Assembly (NCBI GenBank): GCA_964620235.1
Contig: CAZUJI010000001.1
Coordinates: 1-29,644 of the forward strand
DNA: 29,644 nucleotides
Reading direction: 5' to 3'
Source of the DNA: an uncultured Eubacteriales bacterium
GTDB taxonomy: Bacteria > Bacillota > Clostridia > Oscillospirales > Acutalibacteraceae
The notes beneath the pieces were generated by a model. The model was not told the origin of the DNA and ran no database searches. It worked only from the letters and a program-made list of their open reading frames with translations. Made by a program: the position numbers and the translations under genes. This document shows, one piece after another, positions 27,266 through 29,644 of this stretch (position 1 is the first letter of the stretch; every line of letters begins with the position of its first letter).

Positions 27266-27285
27266 GTAGGGGTGGCAACCTGCCG
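27266..27285 (+). repeat. Truncated GTAG-type REP
   Basis: GTAGGGGTGGCAACCTGCCG; same GTAGGGG head as the 14.2-kb REPs. Confidence 0.4.
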
Positions 27286-27302
27286 AACGATTAAAAGGAT
27301 TT

Positions 27303-27328
27303 AAGGAAGGCATCGGCCTTCCTTTTTT
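27303..27328 (+). terminator. Intrinsic terminator after thioesterase
   Basis: AAGGAAGGC-ATCG-GCCTTCCTTTTTT. Confidence 0.8.
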
Positions 27329-27462
27329 ACATACAAAAAACTCCCGCGAACAAGGCGGCAGAGAGGTTTTCCTTAGCGAAATCTGTAAATAAAAGCCTTG
27401 CGACGATCGGTGGTGATATACACGCTAAAGCTTAATGATATACCAAGCCTGCGGCTTGGATA

Positions 27463-27496
27463 AAAAAATCCTCGTTCTTTAGAACGAGGATTTTTT
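27463..27496. terminator. Bidirectional terminator-like hairpin abutting a tRNA 3' fragment
   Basis: AAAAAATCCTCGTTCT-TT-AGAACGAGGATTTTTT. Confidence 0.7.
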
Positions 27497-27575
27497 GGTG
27501 ACCCGGACGGGAAACTCTGCGCTGTTTGTTTTTTCGACCGCTGATGCGGTAGCCCGATACGCTCAAAGTTGAACC
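27496..27575 (-). pseudogene. tRNA 3' fragment (Glu-like), T-loop apparently split by a 55-nt insert
   Basis: Minus strand GGTTCAA-[55 nt]-TTCCCGTCCGGGTCACCA. No anticodon or D arm, so isotype is a guess. Confidence 0.55.
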
Positions 27576-27619
27576 TTATCTCATAATTTCATAAATAAAT
27601 CACCTAGTATACCTCATAC

Positions 27620-27641
27620 GGGGGTATAGCTCAGCTGGGAG
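27620..27641 (+). pseudogene. tRNA-Ala-like 5' fragment (22 nt)
   Basis: GGGGGTATAGCTCAGCTGGGAG; similarity breaks in the D-loop and no T arm or CCA follows. Confidence 0.65.
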
Positions 27642-27696
27642 CGTGCGTGCTTGGCGTTCAACACACGCAAAACAAGCCCACTGCCTTAGCAACAAT

Positions 27697-27722
27697 GAAA
27701 GCGCGCTATTTAGCGCGCTTTC
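27697..27722 (-). terminator. Hairpin after XRE gene
   Basis: GAAAGCGCGCT-ATTT-AGCGCGCTTTC, just past the stop codon. Confidence 0.65.
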
Positions 27723-27729
27723 GCTATAT

Positions 27730-28386
27730 TTATTTCGCAACAATATCTTTTACAATTTCATCAAAATATTTGGATGCGATATGGAGGCAAAACTCCTTCA
27801 TCATTTCCATATTTTCTTCCTTGCTACCATAGGGTTTACCTGTAATCGGAGACTCTAACTCCACCATAAAATCTTGCAAAATCGCCATAGTATCATTACC
27901 GCTTGCGATATCCCGATACCGTTTAATATATTGCAGTAATATGCCGAATCGTTCGTGTGAAATCAAATCGTTCAGCAACTTTAGTGTTGCTTTCCCTTGC
28001 GCCATATTATACGGAACAATTTCTTTTTCGTAGTCGAAACCAATGGACTCAAAATCGCTTTTCATAAATTTGGTTTTGCCGGTTGCCAAGAGTTGTAGCC
28101 CCGCAAAGAATTTCATTGTATCATCTGTAAGACCCAATTGATCGGCTGTTAAATTCGAATTTTTATCCTCACGAATGTCGCTGAGTCCTACCAAATAATC
28201 GCACGAAACCCCTAGATACTCTGCCATTTTTCCTGCCAGAGCGATATCGGGATTACGTTTTCCTAAAATATAAAAATTGACACTTTGACGAGAGCAGCAT
28301 ACCGCTTGCGCAAATTCTCCTTGTGATATTCCTTTTTCAGAAAGCAGATGTTCTAATCGCTGGCCGAAAATTTGTTGCATTTCCAT
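27730..28386 (-). CDS. XRE-family HTH regulator with ~150-aa uncharacterised C-terminal region
   Basis: FGQRLEHLLSEKGISQGEFA...SRQSVNFYILGKRNPD...MAEYLGVSCDYLVGLSD. ATG 28386 follows SD GGAGG. Confidence 0.85.
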   Translation of the reverse strand: MEMQQIFGQRLEHLLSEKGISQGEFAQAVCCSRQSVNFYILGKRNPDIALAGKMAEYLGVSCDYLVGLSDIREDKNSNLTADQLGLTDDTMKFFAGLQLLATGKTKFMKSDFESIGFDYEKEIVPYNMAQGKATLKLLNDLISHERFGILLQYIKRYRDIASGNDTMAILQDFMVELESPITGKPYGSKEENMEMMKEFCLHIASKYFDEIVKDIVAK

Positions 28387-28445
28387 ACTCAAAACCTCCG
28401 AAAGTATATATTTGTAGCAACAAGCAAAATACAGCTACAAAACTA

Positions 28446-28505
28446 TTGACAAATTAACGAAAGTAGCGTATAATATAGTATAGCAACAAAAGTATATTTT
28501 GTCAA
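28446..28505. promoter_or_regulatory. Overlapping bidirectional SigA promoters
   Basis: Plus strand TTGACA (28446-51), 17 bp, TATAAT (28469-74). Minus strand TTGACA (28505-500), 17 bp, TATACT (28482-77). Confidence 0.8.
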
Positions 28506-28578
28506 GTTTTTTGACGGCGTAAAACTGGAACTATACTTTTGCGCGAAAGAATGGTATAATGCGAAAGGAGAAAACCAA

Positions 28579-29145
28579 TTGAGTTTAGAATTAGCAATTA
28601 TTGTGGCAGCCATAAAAGGGGAACATTTGTCACCAAAAATTACAACAAGTTCAAACTATAAGCATTGGGTTAGTGTTGAGGATTGGAAGCGGTGCATAGA
28701 ATGTGCAAATAACCACGGAAAGATTTGGCTAATTGCTGAGATCCCCGATCCTGAACCACCCATACATCTCAATTGTCGTTGTTCTATTGAAGCGATGCAA
28801 GCAATTGCAGCAGGAACGGCAACTATTTATGGCGCAAGTGGTGCGGACTGGATGTTAATGTTCAAAAAGAACTTGCCTGATTACTATATATCAAAAGAAG
28901 AAGCTTTGCTAAAAGGATGGAAACCCGGCAAATGGCCTTCCAATTTTGTACCGGGCAAAACAATTACAGCAGGTATTTACAAAAATCTTGATGGCCATCT
29001 ACCGCAAGCAACGGGCAGAGTTTGGTATGAAGCGGATATCAACTACAAAACCGGAAGACGGAATGAACAACGGATTTTATGGTCAAACGATGGTTTGATA
29101 TTTGTTACATATGATCGTTACGAAACTTTTTACGAAATTATATAA
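28579..29145 (+). CDS. MuF-motif (phage minor head-like) / barnase-family ribonuclease fusion
   Basis: N-part W.S.ED.KRC..C...HGK...PPIHLNCRC (Mu gpF/SPP1 gp7-type motif). C-part LPDYYISKEEA..GW...PGK.I...LP...GRVWYEADINY..GRRN..RILWSND (barnase-like). TTG start with SD AAAGGAG. Confidence 0.85.
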   Translation: MSLELAIIVAAIKGEHLSPKITTSSNYKHWVSVEDWKRCIECANNHGKIWLIAEIPDPEPPIHLNCRCSIEAMQAIAAGTATIYGASGADWMLMFKKNLPDYYISKEEALLKGWKPGKWPSNFVPGKTITAGIYKNLDGHLPQATGRVWYEADINYKTGRRNEQRILWSNDGLIFVTYDRYETFYEII

Positions 29146-29159
29146 GGAGGAGAATACCT

Positions 29160-29447
29160 ATGAAAATAATTGAATTGGATTTGACAGGCTGCAAATATTT
29201 GGCCGAAGTCCACGAAAGAATACGTATCGCGTTTGGTTTTCCTGAGTGGTACGGAAAGAACTGGAGCGCCTTTTGGGATTTGCTTTGGAGCGAATGTGGT
29301 GCGGATCAAGTTATTATAAAAGGGGAACATAGTTTATCTAAAGAGTTTGATATACCTCTTTCAAAAATGCACGAAGCATTAGAAGATAATATTAAATTTC
29401 GCAAAGATAATAATTTAGAACCATTTTCATATAAAATAATTAATTAA
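29160..29447 (+). CDS. Barstar-family ribonuclease inhibitor
   Basis: H..I...FGFPEWYGKNWSAFWDLL resembles barstar LALPEYYGENLDALWDCL; directly downstream of the RNase; SD AAGGAGG. Confidence 0.92.
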   Translation: MKIIELDLTGCKYLAEVHERIRIAFGFPEWYGKNWSAFWDLLWSECGADQVIIKGEHSLSKEFDIPLSKMHEALEDNIKFRKDNNLEPFSYKIIN

Positions 29448-29452
29448 CGCAC

Positions 29453-29488
29453 ACCCCCGAGTGCGGAATTCGTTCCACACTCGGGGGT
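29453..29488. repeat. Long GC-rich hairpin after barstar
   Basis: ACCCCCGAGTGCGGAA-TTCG-TTCCACACTCGGGGGT; no U-tract on either side. Confidence 0.6.
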
Positions 29489-29606
29489 ATAATTATGCGT
29501 GGGTTGGGAGCCCGAAAAAACTGCACTGCTCGAGACTCGGGCAGACCGCGAAGCAAAGCATCGCGGCTGCTTTGACGAAAAAGTTCGCTTCCCTAATGGG
29601 TACAAT

Positions 29607-29644
29607 AATAAAAGGCACCACACAAAAGTGTAGTGCCTTTTATT
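29607..29644. terminator. Terminator-like hairpin at window end
   Basis: AATAAAAGGCACCACAC-AAAA-GTGTAGTGCCTTTTATT. Confidence 0.7.

Noticed and set aside
27474..27485. SOS box GTTC-N4-GAAC
   Set aside because: Half-sites are in the wrong order and form part of a terminator hairpin.
27496..27692. Functional tRNA genes
   Set aside because: Neither fragment forms a cloverleaf; they are on opposite strands and of different apparent isotype.
27300..29644. Prophage or ICE call
   Set aside because: No integrase, replication, structural or conjugation genes within the window.

Overview
Chromosomal replication-origin region of a Clostridia-class bacterium (Oscillospiraceae/Ruminococcaceae-like; inferred from gene content). 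The core block is dnaA-[oriC]-dnaN-yaaA-recF-remB-gyrB-gyrA-acyl-ACP thioesterase. A lexA-DUF1624-rnhA operon is divergent from dnaA, where rpmH-rnpA-yidC normally lies. Further left are rny, a PLP aminotransferase, secD-secF and a GldA/GldF/GldG/DUF4340-type ABC operon. Two AT-rich accessory patches interrupt the core. Patch 1 (~10.95-14.5 kb) holds a DpnII-like GATC restriction-modification locus: an intact HTH-fused Dam-family methylase, then an endonuclease and second methylase joined by an apparent microhomology deletion. It continues with a YpsA/SLOG gene, two XRE genes with matching paired-operator/divergent-promoter layouts, GTAG-type REPs and a MITE-like palindrome. Patch 2 (~27.3-29.6 kb) holds an XRE regulator sharing overlapping bidirectional promoters with a compact MuF-motif/barnase-like RNase (catalytic His replaced by Arg) and barstar. 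This cassette is bracketed by interrupted tRNA fragments and a related pair of tRNA-3'-like elements. All calls come from reading the sequence; no database searches were run.
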